Below, in pieces: positions 20,926 to 29,936 of a DNA stretch of 64,000 nt (position 1 is the first letter of the stretch; each line of letters starts with the position of its first letter). Origin of the DNA: Methylophilaceae bacterium (GTDB taxonomy: Bacteria; Pseudomonadota; Gammaproteobacteria; Burkholderiales; Methylophilaceae); contig JBNLAC010000002.1 of assembly GCA_050301935.1 (NCBI GenBank), positions 1,919-65,918 of the forward strand, written 5' to 3'. The notes beneath the pieces are model-generated. The model ran no database searches. It worked only from the letters and a program-made list of their open reading frames with translations, and was not told the origin of the DNA. Both the position numbers and the translations under genes were made by a program.

Positions 20926-23703
20926 ATGTCAGAAACCGAACACTCATTATCCAAAGACTTAAAAGAAAACATTCGTTACTTGGGTAAGGTTTTGGGTCAG
21001 GCTATTGCCAATAAAGAAGGCCAGGACACATTTGATAAGATAGAGTGTATACGTCAGATTGCCGTCAAATTCCGCCGTGAAAATGATCAGAACGCTGCCA
21101 TTGCTCTTGAAAACTCGCTCAAAAGCCTAAGTCCTGAACAAGCTGTTCCTATTATCCGTGCATTTAGTCATTTTAAGCACCTAGTCAATATTGCCGAAGA
21201 TCTATATGCGCATCAGCGAACACGTATTAATGAAGACAATCTCGGTAACGGCATGCTGGCGCATACAGTCAATAAGTTTAATCGCCCAGATATCAGCTAT
21301 GAAACCATTGCAGGTTTCTTTAATGAGGCACTTATTTCGCCTGTGCTGACCGCACACCCTACTGAGGTTCAACGTAAAAGCATTCTGGAGCTTCAAGATG
21401 CATTAGCAAGCCACCTAGCAGAAAGAGACACGCTCATCTCAAAAAAAGAAATCGAACGTAACCGTCTTTTAATTGAGGGAACGATATGTGCATTATGGCA
21501 GACACGGGTGGTGCGACTTTCAAAAATATCGGTCATCAACGAAATTGAAAATGCTATCAGTTATTATGAAACAACCTTTTTACATGCTATCCCCGAAATA
21601 CTGCAAGATCTGGAACGTGACATTAACCGTATTTTTAGTGATGAATTTTATGGTTTATATCAACTACCTAGCTTCATCAACATGGGCAGCTGGATCGGTG
21701 GCGACCGTGATGGGAATCCGTTTGTTAATGGTGAAACCTTGTCTCAAGCGATACATCTGCAGTCAGCAGCAGCTTTCAAATTCTATCTTGGTGAGGTGGA
21801 GTCACTTCGACGAGAATTTGCGATTTCCACACGCCTTATTAATGTAACACCAGAAGTACACGAACTTGCTAAACGCTCGCGTGATCAATCCCCGCATCGA
21901 ACCGATGAAGCGTATCGCATGGCATTAAATAGTATTCATGATCGATTGTTAGTAACAGCAAAACCAGTCCTGCCAACAGTTACAGATGATCAACACGCTA
22001 TCGATGCAAAACCCTATTCAACTGCAGAAGAATTCTTAGCTGAAATTACCATCCTCATTCACTCATTGATGCTGAATAAAGGTGAGAATCTGGTATATCC
22101 AAGAATAGGCAAACTTGCAAAAGCGATTGAAACGTTTGGTTTTCACTTATCGACTGTCGATATTCGACAATCTTCCGATGTACATGAAGCAGTGATTACA
22201 GAACTATTACACAAAGCGGGATACGAATGTAATTATGATGACTTAGATGAAGAAGATAAAATCAAAACGCTATTAGCTGAGCTACAGCAACCGCGTCTCT
22301 TGTTCTCACCATACCACCAATACTCTGAATTACTACATAAAGAAATGGGCGTCCTAAACAAAGTGCGTGAAATGCGTCAACTGTTCGGACCCAGAGCTGT
22401 GCGCCAGTATATTATTTCGCACACAGAAACGCTTTCTGATTTACTAGAGTTAGCGTTATTGCAAAAGGAAACAGGCTTATTACGTGGGGTATGGGGCTCA
22501 GCAAAGATTGAGCTAGATTTAAATATAGTTCCGCTGTTTGAAACGATAGCAGACTTGCGAAATGCGCCTATGATTATGGGTGATTGGTTAAGTTTGATTG
22601 GTATTAAGCATGTGCTGCGCTATCAAGGTGATACACAAGAAATTATGCTGGGCTATTCCGATAGCAACAAAGATGGCGGTTTTTTAACGTCGAGCTGGGA
22701 GCTCTACAAAGCTGAAGTAGAATTACTCTCACTATTCAAACAGGCTAATATCAAACTTAGATTATTCCATGGTAGAGGTGGCGCAGTAGGTAGAGGTGGC
22801 GGCCCAACTTATGATGCGATTGTGGCGCAACCACCAGACACTGTAAACGGTCAAATCAGGTTGACAGAGCAAGGCGAAACGATAGCCTTTAAATACTCAG
22901 ATGCGAAAGTAGGCAAACAAAGTCTAGAGACACTTATTGCTGCCACTGTTGATGCTAGTTTGTTCCCAGAAAATGAGATGAGCGACCAACAACTCCGTAG
23001 CTTTGAAAGTATTATGGAAGAGCTATCAGGCACTGCGATGACTGCCTACAGAAGCCTTGTCTATGAAACACCAGGCTTTGAAGATTACTTTTTTAATACA
23101 ACACCAATATCTGAAATTGCTGAACTGAATATTGGCAGTCGCCCTTCAGCACGTAAATCTAGTAGAAGAATTGAAGATTTACGCGCCATTCCTTGGGGGT
23201 TTTCTTGGGCGCAATGTCGATTATTATTGCCTGGCTGGTACGGTTTGGGCAGTGCTATTCATCATTACATCCATACAGATGCCAAAAAAACAAAAGCACG
23301 GACTGCTCAATTAAAACAGATGCTGAATGCATGGCCATTATTTAGGACACTGATTGCTAATGTTGATATGGTGATCGCCAAAACCGATTTAACTGTTGCT
23401 AAACGCTACGCGCAAATGCTTGCAGATGAGCAATTAAGAACGACCATTTTTAGTCGCATTGAAAAAGAATATATGCTCACGGTTACAGCATTAAATTTGT
23501 TGCTGGAAAGCGATAAACGGCTATCCAACAACCCAGTATTAGCTGCCTCAATAAAAAACAGACTGCCTTACTTAGACCCAATGAATTACTTACAGGTTGA
23601 AATGATACAACGATACCGCGCAGGTGATTCCAATGATAAACTCAAGCTTGCTATATTGCTGACGATTAATGGCATTGCTGCTGGACTTCGAAATACAGGT
23701 TAA
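20926..23703 (+). CDS. ppc: phosphoenolpyruvate carboxylase
   Basis: Has VLTAHPTE, GYSDSNKDGG, FHGRGG.VGRGGGP and the C-terminal INGIAAGLRNTG. Its stop overlaps the convergent clc stop (TTAA). Confidence 0.97.
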   Translation: MSETEHSLSKDLKENIRYLGKVLGQAIANKEGQDTFDKIECIRQIAVKFRRENDQNAAIALENSLKSLSPEQAVPIIRAFSHFKHLVNIAEDLYAHQRTRINEDNLGNGMLAHTVNKFNRPDISYETIAGFFNEALISPVLTAHPTEVQRKSILELQDALASHLAERDTLISKKEIERNRLLIEGTICALWQTRVVRLSKISVINEIENAISYYETTFLHAIPEILQDLERDINRIFSDEFYGLYQLPSFINMGSWIGGDRDGNPFVNGETLSQAIHLQSAAAFKFYLGEVESLRREFAISTRLINVTPEVHELAKRSRDQSPHRTDEAYRMALNSIHDRLLVTAKPVLPTVTDDQHAIDAKPYSTAEEFLAEITILIHSLMLNKGENLVYPRIGKLAKAIETFGFHLSTVDIRQSSDVHEAVITELLHKAGYECNYDDLDEEDKIKTLLAELQQPRLLFSPYHQYSELLHKEMGVLNKVREMRQLFGPRAVRQYIISHTETLSDLLELALLQKETGLLRGVWGSAKIELDLNIVPLFETIADLRNAPMIMGDWLSLIGIKHVLRYQGDTQEIMLGYSDSNKDGGFLTSSWELYKAEVELLSLFKQANIKLRLFHGRGGAVGRGGGPTYDAIVAQPPDTVNGQIRLTEQGETIAFKYSDAKVGKQSLETLIAATVDASLFPENEMSDQQLRSFESIMEELSGTAMTAYRSLVYETPGFEDYFFNTTPISEIAELNIGSRPSARKSSRRIEDLRAIPWGFSWAQCRLLLPGWYGLGSAIHHYIHTDAKKTKARTAQLKQMLNAWPLFRTLIANVDMVIAKTDLTVAKRYAQMLADEQLRTTIFSRIEKEYMLTVTALNLLLESDKRLSNNPVLAASIKNRLPYLDPMNYLQVEMIQRYRAGDSNDKLKLAILLTINGIAAGLRNTG

Positions 23704-25031
23704 CTTAATTCCTTGTTGATTTTTTCTGTTCTACCTGACTGCTGATCAGCCAATGTTGCATAAAGTGGTTTACTAAAGATTTTAGAAACAATAGAAGCCA
23801 TAAAAGTAATCGCCATCAAACTAATCACCATTTCATGACCATCAATCATTTCCATTACAATGATAAAAGAAGTGAGTGGCGCTTGAGTGACTGCTGCTAG
23901 AAAACCAGCCATGCAGAGTGCGATAATTGCACTTGTATAATATTCATGTCCAAATAACGGGACAAGGTCATGCCCAATACCAGCACCAATGGACAATGAA
24001 GGTGCAAATATTCCACCAGGTATACCGCTTAAGTAGCTAAAAATGGTAGCTAAATATTTAACTGGTGCATAAAACCAGGCATCTGCAGTATCCCCAATTA
24101 AAATACTATGCGCTGTATGATAGCCAGAACCATGTGCTGCACCATGGCTCACAACGCCCAGTGCAGCAACCATCAAACCACAAAACCCTGCCCACCATAA
24201 TGGATGTAACCTTCTGAATGCGCCTACTCTGCCTTTCATCTTGCCAGCACTAATCAGTGTGCGACTAAATATACCACCCAATATGCCACATACCAGGCCG
24301 CATACCAGTACAGGAACGATGATGTTACGGCTGACAATTCCTACTGATAACTGGCCAAAATAAACATAATTACCTTGTAACGAAATAGCCACCAAACCAG
24401 AAAGTACAATTGCTGTGATAATCACACCATTGGTTTTTTGCTCAAAACGTCGTCCTAACTCTTCAATTGCAAAAACAATCCCAGCTAGAGGCGTATTAAA
24501 TGCAGCAGATATACCAGCTGCACCGCCAGCTAGTATGAGATGTTTTGGCTGTACGGTGAATCCATAAGGTAGAAAATGCCGAAAAGCATGCATTACACTC
24601 GCGGCCACTTGTACTGATGGCCCTTCTCTGCCAGCAGAAAAGCCAGACGCTAATGCACCTACGCCCAGAAATATTTTCCCAATAGCCAGCCTGAAATTAA
24701 CGAGCATTGGGTATCTATTTTCAGAGTTTTGCTGATCTAATGCCGCCATCACTTGCGGAATTCCGCTGCCACCAGCACCTTTAAACCATCTCCTGGTGAT
24801 CCAGACAATAACTATGCCTCCAGTGGGCGTTAGAATTAGTGGGGCCCACCAATATGTTCGTTGCAGCCCGAAAAATAAATCCATTGCATGTTCGGTGGCC
24901 TTCGCAAAAAGTACAACAATTAAACCGGCTGTCGCGGCAGCTATCCAAACAATAACGCGTCCTTGCCATGCGTCAAAATCTGTAAGCTTGTGCTGTTTGA
25001 TTGAGGAGGTTAGTTCGTCTAAAGGTTGCAT
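23700..25031 (-). CDS. ClC family chloride channel / H+-Cl- antiporter
   Basis: Has the selectivity motifs GREGP, GIPG and GIFAPS and is polytopic. The start is uncertain: ATG 25031 or ATG 25100, neither with a good Shine-Dalgarno. Confidence 0.88.
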   Translation of the reverse strand: MQPLDELTSSIKQHKLTDFDAWQGRVIVWIAAATAGLIVVLFAKATEHAMDLFFGLQRTYWWAPLILTPTGGIVIVWITRRWFKGAGGSGIPQVMAALDQQNSENRYPMLVNFRLAIGKIFLGVGALASGFSAGREGPSVQVAASVMHAFRHFLPYGFTVQPKHLILAGGAAGISAAFNTPLAGIVFAIEELGRRFEQKTNGVIITAIVLSGLVAISLQGNYVYFGQLSVGIVSRNIIVPVLVCGLVCGILGGIFSRTLISAGKMKGRVGAFRRLHPLWWAGFCGLMVAALGVVSHGAAHGSGYHTAHSILIGDTADAWFYAPVKYLATIFSYLSGIPGGIFAPSLSIGAGIGHDLVPLFGHEYYTSAIIALCMAGFLAAVTQAPLTSFIIVMEMIDGHEMVISLMAITFMASIVSKIFSKPLYATLADQQSGRTEKINKELS

Positions 25032-25180
25032 ACTTCTATATAAAAAGTTTAATTTGATACCCGAGTATAGATTGTATGGTCTACAGCTTAATTTGTACAT
25101 TTAAACCATTTTATTTATCTTTTTCTTACATATGATTTCCACGTCTAGGCATTATGATGTCGTGATATGGAGAATTCTGC

Positions 25181-26011
25181 ATGAATACTGATTACGCCAA
25201 TGAATGGTTAAAGCGTATAACTAAAGTTCAAATACCCGTTTTGAAACAAACGGCTAGATCTTTAGCCAAGCTTAAGTTAGATGAAGATAACTTAAGCGCA
25301 CGCGATATTACATTAGCGGTATTGAGTGATCCATTTATGGTATTCAAAATACTTAGCTATGCTAATAACAACCCTGGCAAGCGGCAGCTACAACATATCG
25401 TTGAAGTCGAGCAAGCAATCATCATGATGGGAACCAGTACCTTTTATCGTCATTTATCGCCAGACTTACTCGTGGATGATCGATTAAAAGACAATATTCC
25501 AGCACTCACTCACTTGCTCAAACTCATCAAAAGAGCGCACAAAGCTGCTTTCTATGCGGCCGATTGGGCTGCATTACGAAAAGACTTACACTCTGAAGAA
25601 GTATGGATTGCAGCATTACTTCATGATTTAGCTGAAATGCTAATGTGGTGTTTCGCACCTGAGCAAATGAATCGCATATTTGAAATGCAAAAGAAAGACA
25701 AATCATTACGTACAAAAACTGCACAGGAACTGGTGCTAGGCTTCCATATGAGTGATCTACAAAAAGCGCTGATTAAGACACATCATATGCCACCATTACT
25801 CAGCAGTTTAATGGACGATGAAAATAAACAAAGTTTAGAAATACGCGCAACGAATGTATCGCTGGCTGTTAACTTGGCTCGCCACAGCGCAAATGGATGG
25901 GATGATGCTGCACTACCAGATGATTATGAAGCTATTGCTAAGTTTCTGCACGTTGACGTTGAAAGAGTGTTGTTTTTAATTAAACACCCTAGTGCTCAGA
26001 ACCCGAAATAG
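25181..26011 (+). CDS. HDOD domain-containing signalling protein
   Basis: HDOD-type pattern: FKILSYANN......, LLHDLAEMLM, and a degenerate HD region. Confidence 0.7.
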   Translation: MNTDYANEWLKRITKVQIPVLKQTARSLAKLKLDEDNLSARDITLAVLSDPFMVFKILSYANNNPGKRQLQHIVEVEQAIIMMGTSTFYRHLSPDLLVDDRLKDNIPALTHLLKLIKRAHKAAFYAADWAALRKDLHSEEVWIAALLHDLAEMLMWCFAPEQMNRIFEMQKKDKSLRTKTAQELVLGFHMSDLQKALIKTHHMPPLLSSLMDDENKQSLEIRATNVSLAVNLARHSANGWDDAALPDDYEAIAKFLHVDVERVLFLIKHPSAQNPK

Positions 26012-26022
26012 TCTTTAGCGCT

Positions 26023-27127
26023 TTAGACACCCTGTTTCAAGCTAACTTGTATAAATTGATCAAGATCGCCATCTAAAACTGCTTGCGTATTCCCAACTTC
26101 AACATTCGTTCGCAAATCTTTAATACGTCCCTGATCTAGCACATAACTGCGGATTTGATGCCCCCACCCGATATCTGTTTTGGCATCTTCAAGCGCTTGC
26201 TTTTCCTCATTGCGTTTACTCAGTTCAAGATTATATAAAGCACCTTTAAGCATATTCATCGCCTCTTCCTTATTTCTATGCTGAGAACGATCATTTTGGC
26301 ATTGAACAACAACACCTGTTGGAATGTGTGTCAAACGTACAGCTGAGTCCGTCTTGTTAATATGTTGCCCACCTGCGCCACTAGCACGGTATGTGTCAAC
26401 ACGAATATCAGCTGGATTAATATCAATCTCGATCGAATCATCAACCTCTGGGAAGATTTGCACACTAGCAAAACTTGTATGACGCTTGGCATTACTATCA
26501 AATGGAGACTTTCTGACCAATCGGTGCACCCCATTTTCGGTTCTCAACGTACCGAACGCATAATCACCAGTCACTTTGATGGAAGCACCTTTAATGCCTG
26601 CCACATCGCCTTCTGAAAGTTCAAGCACTTCTACTTTGAAACCTTTACGTTCGCAGTAACGCAGATACATACGCATCAGCATATTCGCCCAGTCTTGTGC
26701 TTCCGTGCCGCCACTGCCTGACTGAAACTCTATGAAGCAATTATTTTCATCCATCGGCTGTGAAAACATGCGACGAAACTCCATTTCTTCAATGGTTTTC
26801 TCTAGTGCCTTTGAATCTTCAGAAATACTCAATAATGAATCATCATCATTTTCGGAACGCGCCATTTCAAACAGCTCTTGGCTATCGTTAATCCCCTGCT
26901 CTAATTTGGATAGTGTATGAACGACAGATTCAAGCATACGCTTTTCTTTGCCAAGTTTCTGCGCATTTTCAGGGTCATTCCAAATATCAGGGTCTTCTAA
27001 TAGGCCATCAACTTCAGCTAAACGCTGTGCTTTATTTTCATAGTCAAAGATACCCCCGTAAAGCGAGGTTGCGTTGCTTTAAATCAGCTAAGCGATTTGC
27101 AATGAGATTGAGTTGTTCTGCTTCCAT
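26023..27127 (-). CDS. prfB: peptide chain release factor 2, expressed through a programmed +1 ribosomal frameshift
   Basis: Frame 0 (27127-27047) reads [27 protein letters not shown], then TGA. Shifting +1 continues as [36 protein letters not shown] into the 304-aa ORF (26023-26937), which carries SPF and GGQHVN-type (GGQHINKT) motifs. Confidence 0.95.
27043..27058 (-). other. RF2 autoregulatory +1 frameshift site
   Basis: The minus strand reads GGGGGTATCTTTGAC: a Shine-Dalgarno-like GGGGG, 3 nt, then the slippery CTT followed by in-frame TGA C. From GGGGG onward it is identical to the E. coli prfB site. Confidence 0.95.
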
Positions 27128-27307
27128 GGAATAACTTCTATTTAAATATTATTGTTTGGTAAATGTTAACCTGCAATTATACAACATTGTTATATTGTAC
27201 TCATATCTATAGGCGTGCAGGCATACAAAGCCATCCTAAAATTAATATGATGCGTAATGAACGTTTAGGCATGCCTTCAAAATTAGTTGATAAAAATAAT
27301 TTGATTT

Positions 27308-27335
27308 ATTTCTATATTTGTGGAAATATAGAAAT
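27308..27335 (+). promoter_or_regulatory. perfect 12-bp inverted repeat, probable ArsR operator
   Basis: ATTTCTATATTT-gtgg-AAATATAGAAAT ends immediately before the arsR ATG (27336). Confidence 0.55.
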
Positions 27336-27668
27336 ATGAATCATACACTAGCAGTGAAACAGCTCTCCTCTATTGCAAACGAAGCGCGATTAGCTATTTT
27401 TAGGCTCTTAGTACAGGCTGGAGAAAATGGCTTGGCGGCAGGTGCTATCTCAGAAAAGTTAGGAACACCCAGTAGTACATTATCGTTTCATCTAAAGGAA
27501 TTAAATCATGCAGGCCTAATCAGTGCTAAACAACAAAGTCGCTATATTTACTATTCAGCCAATTATGAAACGATGAATAGTTTACTGGCTTACTTGACTG
27601 AAAATTGTTGTGCTGGGCAGCAAGATTGTTGCCCTACAACTATATGTGCGCCAAAAGAAAGGGATTAA
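27336..27668 (+). CDS. arsR: ArsR/SmtB family metalloregulator with C-terminal Cys cluster
   Basis: Has a winged HTH (LSFHLKELNHAGLISAKQQSRYIYY). There is no CVC motif in the HTH region. The C-terminal sequence is CCAGQQDCC...C. The start is uncertain: ATG 27336 has no Shine-Dalgarno, and TTG 27318 lies inside the inverted repeat. Confidence 0.85.
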   Translation: MNHTLAVKQLSSIANEARLAIFRLLVQAGENGLAAGAISEKLGTPSSTLSFHLKELNHAGLISAKQQSRYIYYSANYETMNSLLAYLTENCCAGQQDCCPTTICAPKERD

Positions 27669-27672
27669 AGCA

Positions 27673-28158
27673 ATGAAAAGAATACACCTGCATATTTCGG
27701 TAGCTGACTTAAATATGAGCATCTCATTCTATCAGGCTCTATTTGGTCTACCTCCAACCGTACTGAAACCTGATTATGCAAAATGGATGCTTGACGACCC
27801 GCTAGTTAACTTTGCTATTAGCCAGCGCGAAACTAAGATTGGTTTAGATCATATTGGCATACAAACAGACACTGATGATGAACTGAGCACAATTAAAACA
27901 AGAATGGACTCTGCTGAAATGGAGATACTGTCACAAGAAGGCACAACATGCTGTTATGCCAAATCAAACAAGCATTGGGTGCAAGACCCTTCAGGTATTG
28001 CTTGGGAAACTTATCACACTGTAGAAGAAGCACTCACCTTCTCAAGCACGCCTGCCGCCAAACCAGATGAAAATACCTGCTGTGCACCTACACAAACTAT
28101 TCAATTCACACAATCTAATGGAAAAGCAAAAGATGACAACAAATCAAGCTATTGTTAG
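27673..28158 (+). CDS. arsI: ArsI/CadI family VOC (glyoxalase-fold) metalloenzyme, candidate C-As lyase
   Basis: VOC fold start MKRIHLHISVADL..S..FY..LFG, then LDHIGIQ and a vicinal Cys pair in TTCCYAKSNKHWVQDPSGIAWETY, matching my recollection of ArsI. The in-frame ATG at 27673 follows the arsR stop. Confidence 0.75.
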   Translation: MKRIHLHISVADLNMSISFYQALFGLPPTVLKPDYAKWMLDDPLVNFAISQRETKIGLDHIGIQTDTDDELSTIKTRMDSAEMEILSQEGTTCCYAKSNKHWVQDPSGIAWETYHTVEEALTFSSTPAAKPDENTCCAPTQTIQFTQSNGKAKDDNKSSYC

Positions 28159-29191
28159 CACGCAACCCAAAATAAGTGCTTTTGAACGCAACCTAACTTG
28201 GTGGGTACTCGGTTGTATCGTTGTGGGTATTTCACTTGGCAAGATAGCACCTGGATTTTTTCAAGGTTTAGCTGACATCAAAATCGCAGAAGTCAACTTG
28301 CCAGTAGCTGTTTTAATCTGGTTGATGATTATCCCCATGCTGTTAAAAATTGATTTCTCTGCGATGGGTGAAGTACTAAAACATGCAAGAGGTATTGGTG
28401 TTACTCTGTTTATTAACTGGTTAGTAAAACCATTCTCCATGGCATTTTTGGCATGGGTTTTTATCCGCCACCTTTTTGCATATATGCTACCCGCGGATCA
28501 GATTGATAGTTATATTGCGGGGCTGATACTGTTGGCTGCTGCGCCCTGTACAGCAATGGTGTTTGTATGGAGCAATCTATGTGATGGCGATGCAAAATTC
28601 ACGCTATCTCAAGTAGCCATTAATGACACGATTATGCTATTTGCATTTGCACCTATCGTTGCATTGCTACTGGGAATTTCGAGTATTGTTGTGCCTTGGG
28701 ACACACTACTTATCTCTGTGTTTTTATTTATTGTTGTTCCAATAATAATCAGCCAAATCATGCGAAAAGTTCTGCTCAGCAAAGGAAATGACACAGCACT
28801 TAAAGCCATGCTAAAAAAGTTACAACCCACCTCGCTTGCAGCATTACTTATTACGCTAGTATTACTATTCGCATTTCAAGGTCAGCAAATTTTAAACCAA
28901 CCACTGATTATCGCTTTACTCGCTATACCAATTTTAATTCAAGTTTATTTTAATTCTATGTTCGCTTACTGGATCAACAAAAAATTTAACGTTGCGCATT
29001 GCGTTGCGGCCCCCTCAGCGCTGATAGGTGCGTCAAATTTTTTTGAATTAGCCGTTGCTACTGCTATTGCATTATTTGGATTTGACTCTGGCGCAGCACT
29101 AGCAACTGTCGTCGGCGTACTAATTGAAGTACCAGTGATGTTATCAATAGTCGCTATCGTAAATCGCAGCAAAGCGTGGTATGAAAATTAA
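28133..29191 (+). CDS. acr3: ACR3 family arsenite efflux transporter
   Basis: About ten TM segments; has SAFERNLTWWV and the conserved PCTAMV region. The start (ATG 28133 or 28118) overlaps the arsI 3' end. Confidence 0.88.
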   Translation: MTTNQAIVSTQPKISAFERNLTWWVLGCIVVGISLGKIAPGFFQGLADIKIAEVNLPVAVLIWLMIIPMLLKIDFSAMGEVLKHARGIGVTLFINWLVKPFSMAFLAWVFIRHLFAYMLPADQIDSYIAGLILLAAAPCTAMVFVWSNLCDGDAKFTLSQVAINDTIMLFAFAPIVALLLGISSIVVPWDTLLISVFLFIVVPIIISQIMRKVLLSKGNDTALKAMLKKLQPTSLAALLITLVLLFAFQGQQILNQPLIIALLAIPILIQVYFNSMFAYWINKKFNVAHCVAAPSALIGASNFFELAVATAIALFGFDSGAALATVVGVLIEVPVMLSIVAIVNRSKAWYEN

Positions 29192-29206
29192 TCCGAGGTT
29201 TTGTAT

Positions 29207-29680
29207 ATGATGAATATTTTGTTTTTGTGTACAGGCAATTCATGTCGCTCTATTCTGGCTGAAGCCACTTTTAATGCGTTAGCTCCAGACAACATGCATG
29301 CAATGAGTGCTGGTAGCAATCCGACAGGCGAAGTGCATCCACGTTCGATTGCACTACTTAAAGAAGAAGGTATTTCCACTGATGGTTATTACAGCAAATC
29401 ATGGAACGACCTACCCTGTGCACCAGATATTGTCGTTACTGTTTGTGGAAATGCCGCAGGTGAAACCTGCCCTGCTTATTTGGGCAAAGCCATACGCACC
29501 CACTGGGGTGTTGATGACCCAGCTAAAGCAACAGGAACTGAGGAGGAAGTCAATGCAAGCTTCAAGCATGCTTATTTGGTGTTAAGAAGACGTATTGAAG
29601 CATTCCTAGCTCTAGATATAAATAAATTCGCTAATGATTCTGAGCTGACGAAAGAGCTCAATCGGATAGGTCAGCTCTAG
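29207..29680 (+). CDS. arsC: arsenate reductase, low-molecular-weight phosphatase (thioredoxin-coupled) type
   Basis: Has the CTGNSCRS P-loop and a downstream Cys pair (VCGNAAGETCP). GAGG lies 8 nt upstream of ATG 29207. Confidence 0.88.
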   Translation: MMNILFLCTGNSCRSILAEATFNALAPDNMHAMSAGSNPTGEVHPRSIALLKEEGISTDGYYSKSWNDLPCAPDIVVTVCGNAAGETCPAYLGKAIRTHWGVDDPAKATGTEEEVNASFKHAYLVLRRRIEAFLALDINKFANDSELTKELNRIGQL

Positions 29681-29813
29681 TCTATCAACCCTTTTTAAGA
29701 ACCGCATAATCAACAAGGATCAAATTTATAAATCTTCAAATATAAATATTATTTATTCACATAAAAACTTCAAACATTTTGACAAATGGTATTTATGTCA
29801 TACCATTCAATGT

Positions 29814-29847
29814 TTGTCACATTACTGTCATATTTGCTTTCTACAAT
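29814..29847 (+). promoter_or_regulatory. Pho box plus -10 element of the pstS promoter
   Basis: TTGTCAC-ATTA-CTGTCAT (29814-29831), with TACAAT 10 bp downstream (29842-29847). This is the geometry of E. coli PhoB-dependent promoters. A further TGTCAT half-site lies at 29796-29801. Confidence 0.7.
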
Positions 29848-29936
29848 GATGGTCGTAGTTAAGTGCGCAGTTTAAAAGCGATAAATGGTCGCACTAGCTG
29901 TGTTGAAGTTATAAATTTTATTATTGGAGATTCTTC

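Noticed and set aside
26913-27134. 73-aa plus-strand ORF upstream of the annotated RF2 ORF
   Set aside because: It is antisense to the true 5' part of prfB, meaning the frame-0 leader and the region after the frameshift.
27247-27339. 30-codon ORF (MMRNERLGMPSKLVDKNN...) and a 10-bp palindrome AGGCATGCCT in the prfB/arsR intergenic region
   Set aside because: The ORF has no Shine-Dalgarno, runs through the ars operator and has AT-rich random-looking composition. The palindrome alone is too short to interpret.
27128-29936. Possibility that the ars cassette is a mobile island, given the shared TAAATATTATT 11-mer in both flanks
   Set aside because: An 11-mer match in AT-rich intergenic DNA is expected by chance. 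No integrase, transposase, tRNA or longer direct repeat is present.
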